In this document: positions 20,701 through 30,800 of the stretch, piece after piece
Layout of the letters: each line of letters starts with the position of its first letter
Position numbering within the stretch: position 1 is the first letter of the stretch
Notes under the pieces: model-generated
Told to the model about the DNA's origin: nothing
What the model saw: only the letters and a program-made list of their open reading frames with translations
Database searches by the model: none
Assembly: GCA_049322675.1 (NCBI GenBank)
Contig: JBMORM010000009.1
Location: 222,132-286,131, forward strand
Direction of reading: 5' to 3'
DNA from: Patescibacteria group bacterium
GTDB taxonomy: Bacteria; Patescibacteriota; JAHJAL01
Length of the DNA: 64,000 nucleotides
Program-made: the position numbers and the translations under genes

Positions 20701-21681
20701 TTTGTGATCGGATACGGCGACCCTCAGCTTTCGGATACGATTTCTACCGCCCACACCGGCCGACCGGCACATCACACCATATTGTACACCAATGATATTA
20801 CCAACAGTTACCCGGTCAGTGACGGAAGTCTCAAATTTGATTTGGCGGACGAATTTGATTTCACGGGACTGACTATAGCTGATTTGAGTATTAGAGGCGG
20901 TGATGTGAGCTGGGGAGTGCCGACGTTGGATCCGATATCTAGATCGATTATTTATTCCTTTAGCGGCAATCTTAGTAAAAATGATGGTTCGATAATTTTG
21001 ACGATCGGCGATACCAATTTACCGCTCAATCCGACTTTGGCGGGAGATTATCGTTTGACGGCGGGAATTTACCAAACAACAGACGGAACGGGTAATCCGG
21101 TGGAAGAAGTGGAAACTTTGATTAATATCAATGATGGATTGACGATCGAGGTGGATATCCCGACAACCCTGGAATTTGCCATCAATCCCCTACCTTCCGG
21201 GTCAAATGTCAACGGCGCAGCTACCAATGTTGCCACTGCCGCTTCGGCAATCGATTATGGGCGCGTGACCGGCGGCGAAAACAAAATCGCCGCGCACGAA
21301 CTCGTCTTTTCCACCAATTGCGCTGATGGTTATTTGGCACAGATAAAATATAGTGGGCCATTTAGCGGACCGGTGGCGATCAATGATTGGACGGGGACAA
21401 ATAGCGAACCAACAGTTTGGTTGGCGCCCAATAATAATGGATATTTTGGTTATACTACCGATAACGCGACGCTAAAAAACGGCCAGGCAAACAGATTTGT
21501 CAGCGGGGGCGGAAATAAATGGTCCAGATTTACCACCGATTTCAACGAGGTGGCAGCCGACAGCGAACCGGTAGAAAATCAGACGACAAAAGTCGGTTAT
21601 CGCTTCAATCTGGCCAACAATTTTGGTACCAGCGGAGTTTATCAGACCGAAATCATGTATTTGGTAACAACCAGTTACTAA
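14770..21681 (+). CDS. Giant multidomain protein 3 (about 2303 aa from ATG 14770; the ORF track opens at TTG 14731). Domains in order: N-terminal membrane anchor or signal; divergent N-terminal module; Myxococcus-type Cys-rich repeat; five tandem right-handed beta-helix units; PbH1-like repeats; Ig-like; conserved C-terminal module.
   Basis: MKIPKIKKLLQFTPMVLLCLALVVVLILKV is a hydrophobic anchor. Five units of about 216 aa are each built from …PGT(V/I)IKF…NAIGT.D.PIYFTS..DN…GDW…GELNNV(V/I)IRYA..GINDYVH………PEPILRNI.IENCSG.GI.I.RSHPI.EN..I.N……L.LYG…S.GRANV.F.G.. . The C-terminus …EIMYLVTTSY precedes a TAA stop. Confidence 0.88.
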   Translation: MKIPKIKKLLQFTPMVLLCLALVVVLILKVRIPTTSKEISVNTKEQTQSMTDKQAESDQSPTAGKKKMSVTTNISKIEIAPVVDEKQQKYLYNEAVEAIINVDRIRNDDSTLPSDNAFSKKKDKQYWWDLINWFGKEVVEAKNDDFTLKNYLDANQIRTEVQLTEEQKDFAVSLEVPNSKTVTSSRGDFIQYEFDQSTVVQYQLKNNRLKENIIYNFKPAENYFYFNIDRADNLEIIPKPDGEIIIQTKDEPRHIVATVMAPTVVDRKGKVGKISLEYSENRYKYIIDQAWLDQANYPVVIDPSLQLGAVLYYTGGTVNVEWHGDGSDYRDTGVFLYKDEVSLYSPINQYLISNIDYGDCNPAVGVFQLCNKGTTSFNLGDQYVGQELKFGNKVYQSDIIYYTGPASRNPDNQVHTIIVYEESFNAYVIRFLRNHPTKNGMWYGPSVDIWLTGGLSDSPPPVDPTPTTSPEPILSNLSCVSNSGQITVNFDTTGFGSTATYAIKFVGNGTQYLQSNNTLGDTEVWRTKGEWGNNIRVTGLTAGTDYTVSISAKPDGAGTALAYGPTKNTTEICSQDTFNDSGQVCGDGVIQFPEECDDGNTNDGDGCDRNCTNEPAAVTDPPTVDIKANGSDSPSTLPNNSTVTLSWTSSNATSCTASGSWSGDKATNGSENQGPLTTGTYTYVIQCTNSAGSRSDSVTITIFSPPCDITYTYSTTNTDVNTVSNHWHGTVCINRNLFIAGSNTLTIDPGTVIKFYVGNANERWRILNYGTLNAIGTEDNPIYFTSFRDNSIGNIVPGGSGTPQKGEWNELNFNAYGDSYQGIGELNNVVIRYATTGINDYVHTAFSTSPHKPEPILRNIIIENCSGDGIYIERSHPILENVTIRNNGGNAIYLNLYGYSNSNGRANVNFLGNNVAINNKLDGIYVNNHALSSTAILENITWNNDFPYYLAQNFNIERDAILSIEKGTVIKSADDVTFTVWGTLVAIGTVDEPVYFTSAYDNTTPDGDITPTNGEDNIPTKGDWAQLIFLANRNDADQANGELNNVIIRYAVNGINDYVHTTYVSSPDKPEPILRNILIENCSGSGVNIDRSHPILENITIKNCYKAINLDLYGITSSDGRANVRFLGKIVAENNEYNGVYVYNRAHSPAVIQENISWDNNLPYYLGGSLTINPGISLTLSPGTIIKIGSGYKIENRGLLYAVGSSEQPIFFTSAKDNTTPDGDITPKNTTDNNPTKGDWNEIMFNAYNNNYQGAGELNNVIIRYSTNGINDYTHILYQSSLPKQEPVLRNITIEKCSASGISIQRSHLIIDNASISDCDGNAVSLDMYGFDFSDGRANISFTGTTSVSGNGLDGIYVFHSTNNIISLAEDITWEGTIPYYVSETIEVPYLYKMTIQPGTILKFGSAADLHVLGRLNIGDQNNIDIRPVYMTSIKDDSSETGGDIQNNAGNDPSKGDWGKLIFDAYNNYNIGAGEINNLIIRYATIGIQDYVHHLNANDLPKQEPVLKNIIIENCSSHGISVDRSHPIFENLIIRNNNSNAVNLDMYGLSSSDGKATINFVGNVVAENNGLDGIYIFNSAHEPTVIIENVNWDNDLPYYIANNLSVYSSSTLNIESGTVIKFGPSKSLTINGKLNLNGTSEKPIYLTSSKDNNTPDGDITPLNFSDNTPAKEDWGGVLYSGSSAGGKVYNTTFRYGAGGTGNYDYELAFDGVTANTVEVKNSNFNFTNRGLYANNSKLSIHDNIFDSSSDYGVVINNPPTGFVFDRNEIAHSDTGIWITAASNGLTLSNNNIHDVLTGVLGQNISTNGVLMTGNYIDASNYLIRNNSSPFVSGSCASPSTSTTINACVANNWGSYPVSDYPTGKIYKNPGNILYNNYGVQLTAPNGGERWSPRSRHNIIWTTYNTGGNSRYADLHYSFDGGTNWTLIAENIDHQGGATIFGTYDWLIPDTVSAQTLVKVDIKDLNETIIASDVSNSYFVIGYGDPQLSDTISTAHTGRPAHHTILYTNDITNSYPVSDGSLKFDLADEFDFTGLTIADLSIRGGDVSWGVPTLDPISRSIIYSFSGNLSKNDGSIILTIGDTNLPLNPTLAGDYRLTAGIYQTTDGTGNPVEEVETLININDGLTIEVDIPTTLEFAINPLPSGSNVNGAATNVATAASAIDYGRVTGGENKIAAHELVFSTNCADGYLAQIKYSGPFSGPVAINDWTGTNSEPTVWLAPNNNGYFGYTTDNATLKNGQANRFVSGGGNKWSRFTTDFNEVAADSEPVENQTTKVGYRFNLANNFGTSGVYQTEIMYLVTTSY
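16521..16611 (+). other. Myxococcus-type cysteine-rich repeat (TIGR02232-like).
   Basis: CGDGVIQFPEECDDGNTNDGDGCDRNCTNE matches C.GDG…..EeCDDGN..dGDGC…C. Confidence 0.55.
16990..20250 (+). repeat. Five tandem in-frame repeats of about 650 nt encoding right-handed parallel beta-helix (pectate-lyase/CASH-like) units.
   Basis: Unit starts lie near 17017 (PGTVIKFYVG), 17665 (KGTVIKSADD), 18313 (PGTIIKIGSG), 18961 (PGTILKFGSA) and 19621 (SGTVIKFGPS). The units are about 50-60% identical at protein level, and a related single unit occurs in giant gene 2 near 12650-13330. Confidence 0.7.
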
Positions 21682-21697
21682 GCCCATTTTGGGAGTA

Positions 21698-21726
21698 TTG
21701 ATAAATATTTGTTTTGGTGATATAAT
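21698..21726 (+). promoter_or_regulatory. Sigma-70-like promoter for giant gene 4: TTGATA, a 17-nt spacer, then TATAAT.
   Basis: TTGATA lies at 21698-21703, the spacer aatatttgttttggtga at 21704-21720 and TATAAT at 21721-21726. This is about 95 nt upstream of ATG 21822. Confidence 0.5.
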
Positions 21727-21821
21727 AATAGGATTTATCTAAAGGATAGGTATGATTGATTGTACCTTGTTGATAATTAGATAAATCAGTTAGAAAAACA
21801 AAAATCACATACAAATTTTTT

Positions 21822-24800
21822 ATGAAATTTTTTCACAAAAAATTTACAAAACAAATACTGGTCTTATTGGCTGTCTTTGTCATATCTTTCGGCAAAGATA
21901 TTTCTCTGGCGCAGTCCGTTGAAAATAATATACAGATCGAGACAAGTAATCCGATCCTGGACAACAGTCTTTACAAGATTGAGAACCTGGATTTTTTGGT
22001 GGAATTGGGTGATAAAGAAAATAACAATGATGACCTGGTTAGTTTTAAGGCTTTTCCCAAAAAAGAAATTGCGGACGGTTTATTTGGCCGCCTGTCCAAT
22101 TGGGCGACTGTTCGACAAAAAGGTATATCGTTTGAGTTGATAAAAACAACTGATCAAAGCATGGTTGAGTCGGAAATTGCTGCTTTGGATCAGGAATTTA
22201 TACAAGAAAATGACCAATCCGGTGTCGCCGCCCAAGTCGGCGGATTTTTCAATGGTCTGATCGATCAGTTTTGGAAAAATGTTGATGACTTGGCCAATAT
22301 CGGGCGTAAAACAGATGATTTGATTTGGGAAGAAAATGACAACACGACCACGGTTGTCAATCCGATTTTGGATAAAGATATTAGTTTGGAATACCAAGCT
22401 TTGGAAAATGGCTTGAAAGAAAATATTATTATTAACGGCAGTGAAGGCGAGGTTTTTGATAGTTATTTATACAAATTGAATCTTGATCCCGGGGTGATAT
22501 TGCACCGGGTGCAAAGTGATAGTCCTTTCGGTTTGCCGCAAGGAACCTATTATTTTACGGATGAAAATAATAATTATATCGCCCATTTTTTGCCGATGGT
22601 GGCTCTTGATGCCAATGGGTTGGAAACAAAAAATATTGAAATGGAAATTACACCCGTAGGGACAGGTCGCGACCTGTCCCTACAAAATGGTTCGCCCCTA
22701 CAATACGCAATCGTCATCACCGTGGATAAAAATTGGCTGACGGATACAGCGATTCAATATCCGATTAAAATCGACCCTTCGATCGTGCATGATACCAAGG
22801 CGGAGTTTGACGCAGGAATTTTAAATCGATTGCAAAGTACTTCTGCCGATCGAGTGGAACTTAAACACCATGAACTATCGCATGATGAGTCCACGGTTGG
22901 TCTATGGCACATGAACGAATCGAGCGGACAATCTATTTATGATTATGGCGGAGTGGCTAATAATACCGGTCAACTCGGTTCGACTACCGGCAGCGACACC
23001 AATGATCCGACTTGGAATACGACCAGTCAAAAACTGGGAGCAAGTGCTTTGTCTTTTGACGGTGTAAATGATTTTGTAACTATCCCAGATTCATCAACTT
23101 GGTATTTTGCCAAAAATAATTTTACTATTTCTGCTTGGTTTAAGACTACCGGTGGAGATAACGAAAAAATATATTATCAAGGAGATTCAGGTGGTACTCC
23201 AAGTACAATTTCTTCATTTATTCAAATTAGCTCCGGGGGTATTGTTCAATTTGTTCCTGACTATGCCACTTATCCGAGTCAACATACACTATCTTCGAAC
23301 CGAACAGTAAATGACGGTACATGGCACAATGTTACCGTTGTTCGAAATGGTATCATATTTGATATGTATATTGATGGTCAAAAGGAAAACAGTCTTACTC
23401 TGGATTATTCAATGATTGACAGTAGTTACCCGCTCACAATTGGCGCAATGTATAACGGAGTTTATAATCCTTTCAATGGTTCCATCGACGAAGTTCGTAT
23501 TTCCAATCGAGCACTTTCTCCGGAAGAAATCAAAGCCGACGCCCAATACAGTCCTTATGGCGTCTATACTTCATCGGTTATGGATTTGGGAACAAGCGAG
23601 CCGACCTGGCAAAACTTCTCCTGGACTGAATCCGGAGTCCGCACCAGTCAAGTAGAAAATGATATAGATACCACCAATCTCGTTGCCCAATGGAATTTTA
23701 ATGAGACCAACGGAACGACAGCAGTAAGTAGCGGCAGTTGCGGAACTTCATGCAATGGCACGCTCAATAATTTCGCCAATACTTCCGCTCAAGACGCAAC
23801 ACCAATGTCCGGCTGGACCTATGAAAATCGTTTGAAATATGGTGCTGACGGTGATGGATCGCTGATGTTTGATGGGGTGGATGATTATATTGATGCTGGA
23901 AATAATTTGGCTTTGCAAATTACTGGAAATATCACAATCGAGGCATGGATTTATCCAACCCAACTAAATGATACCAACTATTATATTATTGGTGCAAAAC
24001 AAGGTCCTAGTGGTTATTATGGTTATCAACTCTACATAGGAAATGGCACCAAACCGTATGCATTATTCGGTTTGTCAAGTAATGGAACAGACTGGAACGC
24101 TTCAATGCAAGGATCCCAAGTGCTCCAATCTGGCAAATGGTATTATATTGTCGGTTCATATGACGGCTCAAATATCAGAACATATATAAATGGGGTCTTA
24201 GATTCAACAAGACCATATACAGGTAGTATCTATAATACAAATACAAATTTTACTATCGGCAAAAGTTTGCAAGGTACAAATGCTAATTTTAATGGTATTC
24301 TTGAATCCCCCAAAATCTACTCCCGGGCTCTTTCCGCAGATGAAATTAATTCCAACTATCAAGCCGGCAATATTGAATTTCAAACTCGTACCGGTACCGA
24401 CACTACACCGGAAGATGGCGGGTGGGAGGAGTGGAAATCGACAGGAACTGCGGCAGAAATGTCAGTACAAAATTTTAATAGTACATTAAATACTATTGAT
24501 CCCGATCCGTATACTACTCTGTTGCTACACGGCGAAGGAATAAATGGTTCACAAACATTTGTTGACTCAGCTATTAGTCCAGCTAGTTCTTTTGAAGTAG
24601 TCGGCAATGCACAAAATTCTACTGCGCAAAAAAAATTCGGCTCTAGCAGTTTATATTTTGATGGATTTGCTGATGAACTGGATGTTCATAGTAATGCCAA
24701 TATTGTTCATTTTGGAAGTGGAGATTTTACGATTGACACTTGGGTGCGATTTTCTAGTTGGGCAACTGGATACCGGCGTAATTTTTTCGTCGATTGGCAA

Positions 24801-27800
24801 GATGGAAGCAATAATATATTTTTAATTCAGCAAGAAGATAATAAATTAAATTTTAGTTTCTTTGGCGGAGGTGTATATACAAATATTACTTCAACAACAA
24901 CCTGGGTTCCAAACAGTAACCAATGGTATCACGTGGCTTTAACTAGAAATGGCTCCTCATGGCGATACTTTATCGATGGTACACAACTCGGATCAACAAT
25001 TACTAATTCTTTAGCAATCGACAACTGCAATGGCTATATTGCTCTGGGCAATAGAAATTTAAATGATTCACATTTGGAAACATACATAGATGAATTGAGA
25101 GTAAGTAAAGGTATCGCTCGCTGGACAGCCAATTTTACTCCACCGAAATATGCTTACAATACCGGAATCAATCAAATTTCTAACAAGATTGATACAACTG
25201 TAAAAACCGAGGGAACGGGGAGTGAAAGATGTTTGATTGGACAAACGCAGCCGGATGTCAACACTGTCGGACTTTGGCACATGGAAGAAACCAGTGGCAC
25301 GGGTGCTTATATCAAAGATAGTTCCGGTAATGGCAATCACGGTACACCCACAAATACTACGCCGGTAGATTCAGTTAGTGGTCAGGGAAGAAATTTTAGC
25401 GGTAGCAATGGTGATAATATTTCAATTCCGGGTATGACTTGGACACCGACTACTTTTACGGTGGATTGGTGGTTGTATCCAGAATCGTGTACGAATTACA
25501 ATCAGCAAATAAGATCAGTAAGCGGTTGGGGAGGGTTTCTATTCCACACCGATAGCAATTGTGCGGTATATGTGGGTACTGATGTCAATTATCGTTTTAC
25601 ACCAACAGAATTATCAACCAATACTTTATCCTTGAATCAATGGCAACATTTTGCCTATGTATATGATGGTAGTAAAGGGTATTTTTACAAAAATGGTCAA
25701 TTGTTAGCCGGACCAAAAGTACAAAACACATCAACCGCTTGGAACGGTTTTTATATCGGAGATCCTTCTAATACTATTGACGGCACAATTGACGAAGTCC
25801 GAATTTCCAATGTTGCTCGCACTCCGGAAGAAATTGCCGAAGCTTACCGTATGGGCGCAAATTATCACATCACTCGTTCTCTTTCATCCAACATTGATTT
25901 GGCAACGACTAATAACAAATTGCCAATCCAAATTGCTTCCGATCGACCGGGCACTTCACTCATGTTGACTTTAGGCGAATCGGCTTATGCCAACAACGAA
26001 TTGGATACAAATACATTGGGGTATTGGTCCATGGAAGAAAATTTTTCCGGCGGCACGAATGCTATGCGCGAATGTACTGATGCCGATCCGATTGGAACTG
26101 CGTGCGGCGGTGGCAAAAAATTTGCGACAGGTTTGGTGGCAATGCCAGCTGGTTGTGCCAATAGTTTAAATGAACCCAGCTGTACCAGTCCAGATACGTT
26201 AGTAAATAACAAAACATGGGATAATCCTCTTCAAGGAATTGGGGAAAATGCCTACAGTACAACCGATGGTTTATCGAATACAAATAATTTGTATAATTCA
26301 AATCCACCTGCTAATCCAGCCGGCGATTATTGTCACGATTTAATAAAATCTGGCTATAGTGATTGGTATTTGCCGGCACAATCGGAATTGCAAAGCTTGT
26401 ATAACCAACGAACTACTATTGGCGGTTTTATGGCTACTCAATACTGGTCATCCACTGAGTACAATGAAGCATCACATCAATATGCTTATTATGTTAGTTT
26501 TCTCAATGGTTCCTCTAGTTTTGCTGGTAAAAATGCTGGTTATGAATATCGTTGTATTCGTCAATATAATGGCGAGCAACAAAAGATAAAAGATAGTAGT
26601 CCATTAAATCTTTCTGGTCAAGCAGTAGGCACTTCGCCGACACAAGGAAAATTTGGTAAAGGTAGATATTTCAATGGAACAAGTGATTACATCCGCACCG
26701 AAGACCCAAATAGTATATTGGAAGGCAATACTTTTACTATCGAAGCTTGGGTAAATCCATCTTCCTTAACTGGTGGAACCAATAGTCATAGAATCGCAGG
26801 CAAAATCGGTAATGACACATCAAATTGTGGATACGGATACAATATCAATCTTGACGATACTGATTATTTTAAAATAACTACCGATCCCACAGGGTGTGGC
26901 AATACCCAATCAGTAATGGGAAAAACTAAACCAGTTCCAGGACAGTGGTATTACGTTGTAGGTACATACAATGGCACAGTTTCAAAAATATATGTAAATG
27001 GAGTACTTGAGAATTCTGCAAGCGTATCAACTATAAATGATTTTCCAAGTTATTTCTTGATTGGTGCTCAACTTCAAGAACAAACAACAACATACGTTGA
27101 TTTCTTTGAGGGAGCAATAGATGAAGTCCGCTATTCCAACATTGTCCGCACCCCCAACGAAATCCGCCAAGCTTACGAAGCCGGCTTGCGTTCCCACCCC
27201 ATCACCATCGACTTTGGCGCTCAGCTGGATAGTGGAAATTTAATCACCGGTTCGGGTGACTTGTCATTTACTGTTGATGCCACCAAAAAAGGTTTGCCAA
27301 CTAAAGGTGAAAACCTGTTTGTCGGCGACAAAGTTATTATCAAAGAAAATTATAATGGTACAGAATATTTAGCTCAGGGCACAGTAACGAGCGTCAATAA
27401 ATCTACCGGTGCGGTGACGGTGGCGGCTTGGGATAGCGGATCAACTTTTTCATCCAGCGGGCAGACTGGTTTTTCCGCCAATGCTGATGTTTTTAAATGG
27501 CAAAAAGAAATTGCCAGTATTTATGGTAGTTTGGCTGGTCACAGGGACGAGTTGAATAAAATCAGTTTGCGGATACTGGACGGAAATCAAGGGCAAAACA
27601 TCTGGTTGGACGATATGAAAGTATCCACGCCACTTATGACCAATCCGACCACTAACACTATTCAATCCACTCCAAATCGCTATTTTCAATACAGATTTTT
27701 TGCTCATACTACCGACACCGATCCGACCCCGGGAGTTGATGACGTCGAGTTGGATTACAGTACGATCGAAATGACCGGTGCTTCCACTTCGGAAAGTTAT

Positions 27801-30800
27801 ATTAACACAAATAATAACACGGCTTTCAATATTCAATGCAATGGCGTGACTGATTCCGGCACGGGCGACAATGTAACTTGCGAGGCTTCTTTTAATCAAA
27901 CCAACTGGTATTCGGTTGGTTCCGCCACTACTCCCCTATCCAATCAGACCGTCCAAGGCACACCGGATATTTCCAGCTGGACCGGATATCCGAGCGGCGA
28001 CGGTTCGGTAACTATTTACGCTCGCGCGCACAATACGACCAATGATACATATTCTGATATTTACAATTTTAGTGTGAACAAAGACGTGAGTCGGCCAACT
28101 GTAACTTCCATAACTTCAGTAGCTGGCGACACAACTTCTTTGTATAGCGATGGAACAGATGATAGTTCGACGCTGGTTGTTTATGCAACTTCAGCTGACG
28201 CCACGAGTTGTCGTTGGTCAGCGACCGACCAAACATACACGGCCATGACAAACACTTGTACTTCAACTACAAATTGCACTTTAAATTTAGGCGGTAAAGG
28301 TCAGAAAGATGTTTATATTGGATGCATCGATGCAGCAACCAATTATTCGCAACCCAATTATCATCTGACTTATTATATCGATGTTGATCCAGATATTGTG
28401 GCGCTTGATGCCGGTCCAAGTTCGTCCGACCGTACCAGTTTAACTTCCGATCAGTGGTTTAATTATTCGCAAACGGGATCCGATGATCAGATTTCATTTA
28501 GTTGGACTGATCCGAATTCACCTTCGGATGACTATTTCTATTATCTGGAAAATGACTCCTCAGTAAATGCCATTTCCAATACCAATCTGGTAGGTTGGTG
28601 GAATTTTGAAGATGATACAATCACGTCTGCGCTCGATCATAGTGGACAAGCCAATCATGCCACTTTATATGGCACTTCCACTACTTCCGGTAATTTGGGA
28701 CTATCCAGAAGTTTCAATGGCACAAGTGATTATGTACACGACAATGCTTTGGCTGCATCAATTCCCGGTAATTTGACAGTAACCGGTTGGATCAAAGCTT
28801 CAACTATTCCATCCTACCAAGAGCGCATTATTGATCTGGCCCAAGCCGGTGATGCCGGATTGCAAGTATGTATCGATACTAGTGGAAATATTTTGTTGGA
28901 AAATTCCGGTGGTCCGTCGGGTGTGGTTTATGGTGGCAACGCGACCGACAATAACTGGCATCATTTTGCCGTCACCCGTTCCGGCACGACTTATGAATTT
29001 TTTGTTGATGGAGTATCAAAAGGCACCACTTCAGGTTCCGCACCTACATATACACAAATGTATTTTGGTCGTCGTCAAACCGGAGGAGATTTTTACAACG
29101 GTCAAATCGACGATACCAAAATATTCACCAGAGTGTTGTCATCTACCGAAATTGGAAATGAATATCGTATACGTTTAACCCAAAATAATTATTTAGATAG
29201 TCAAACCGTTACCGAAGGTACTTTTTTCAAACACGTTCGCCCAATCAATGGCGTGGATAGCTGGGGAAATGAACTACAATTTATTACAAAATACGACAAA
29301 ACCAATCCCACTCTTTCAGCTTCCGGTAATTCTGAACAATGGTATTCATCAAATCCCACCATAACATTAACTACCGTTGACAACCATTCAGGATTGAATT
29401 ATTCCAAATATTCCTGGGACAGTGATGATACAACCTGCCGATCAAGTGGTACAAATTTTAGCAACAGCGATAATATAAATATCCCTACAAATGGAACTCA
29501 TGTTCTGTATTTATGCAATCAGGACATCGTAAACAATCAAAATAGTTGGAATGGTATTTACAAACTGGACAACACTACACCTGATCTAATTTCTATTGAT
29601 GCCGGACAGTCTTCGGCTGACCGTACTTCTTTGACTTCCCATACGTGGTTTGGTTATGCCGACACCGGATCGGATGATCAGGTCTCGTTTAGTTGGACTG
29701 ATCCGGCCAGTCCCTCTGATGATTATTTTTATTACTTGGAAAATGATTTCTCAATCGTCGCTTTCAATGAGTCCAATTTGGCTGCTTGGTGGAGTTTTGA
29801 AAATGACAATACTACTACTGCCTGGGATCATTCATCAAATAACAATGATGGTACTTTCGATGGATCAGCATCTTCAACCGGCCAGTTGGGTAGTAGTCGT
29901 TATTTTGATGGTAGTGATGATAAAATCCAAATAACTGATCACAATACACTCAAGCCGGCAACTAATCTAACAGTTTCTGCTTGGTTTAGAACTCAGGATA
30001 AAAGTATCGCTTCCCAACAAATTATTTCCAAAACCAGGCATAGTGGCTATAGTTTAAGCTTATCCAATACTCAACTATGCTTTGCGGTAAGTGATGGATA
30101 CAATTCATACAAATATGCGTGTATTTCCAACGCAGCTATAAATAATGATACATGGTATCACGTAGCGGGCACTTATGACGGCTCAAATGTAAAACTATAC
30201 CTCGATGGACAATTTCAAACACAAACTGTCATGACGACCAATATCTATTATATGGACTCGGTATTGTGTATCGGCGCCGAGGCGGGTACTCTGGGAAATA
30301 TTTGTGAAAATTACTACTTTAAAGGTGATATTGACGAAGCCAAAATATATACTAGAACTTTAACCGATACAGAAATTAACAATGAATATTCGCGTCGTTT
30401 AACTACTAGTCCATATCTCGACAATCAACTGGTCACCGAAGGTACATATTACAAACACATTCGACCATTTTCCGGCGCGGACACTTGGGGCAGTGAACAG
30501 CAATTTATTGAAAAATATGACAAGACGGCGCCGACGATTGATTCGATTACTTCCATTGCCGGAGATACGACCCTACCCTATTTTGACACCACCGATGACA
30601 GTAACACTTTGGTTGTTTATACCAGTTCAGATAATTTGAATATTGTTGATCAATGCAAATGGAGCACCAGCGATGAAATATATTCAGTGATGCCCAATGT
30701 ATGCAGTAATTCGACAAATTGTAATTTAAATCTGGCTGGAGATGGCGCCAAGACGGTTTATATACGCTGCCGAGATAACATTGGAAACGAAGCTTCAAGT

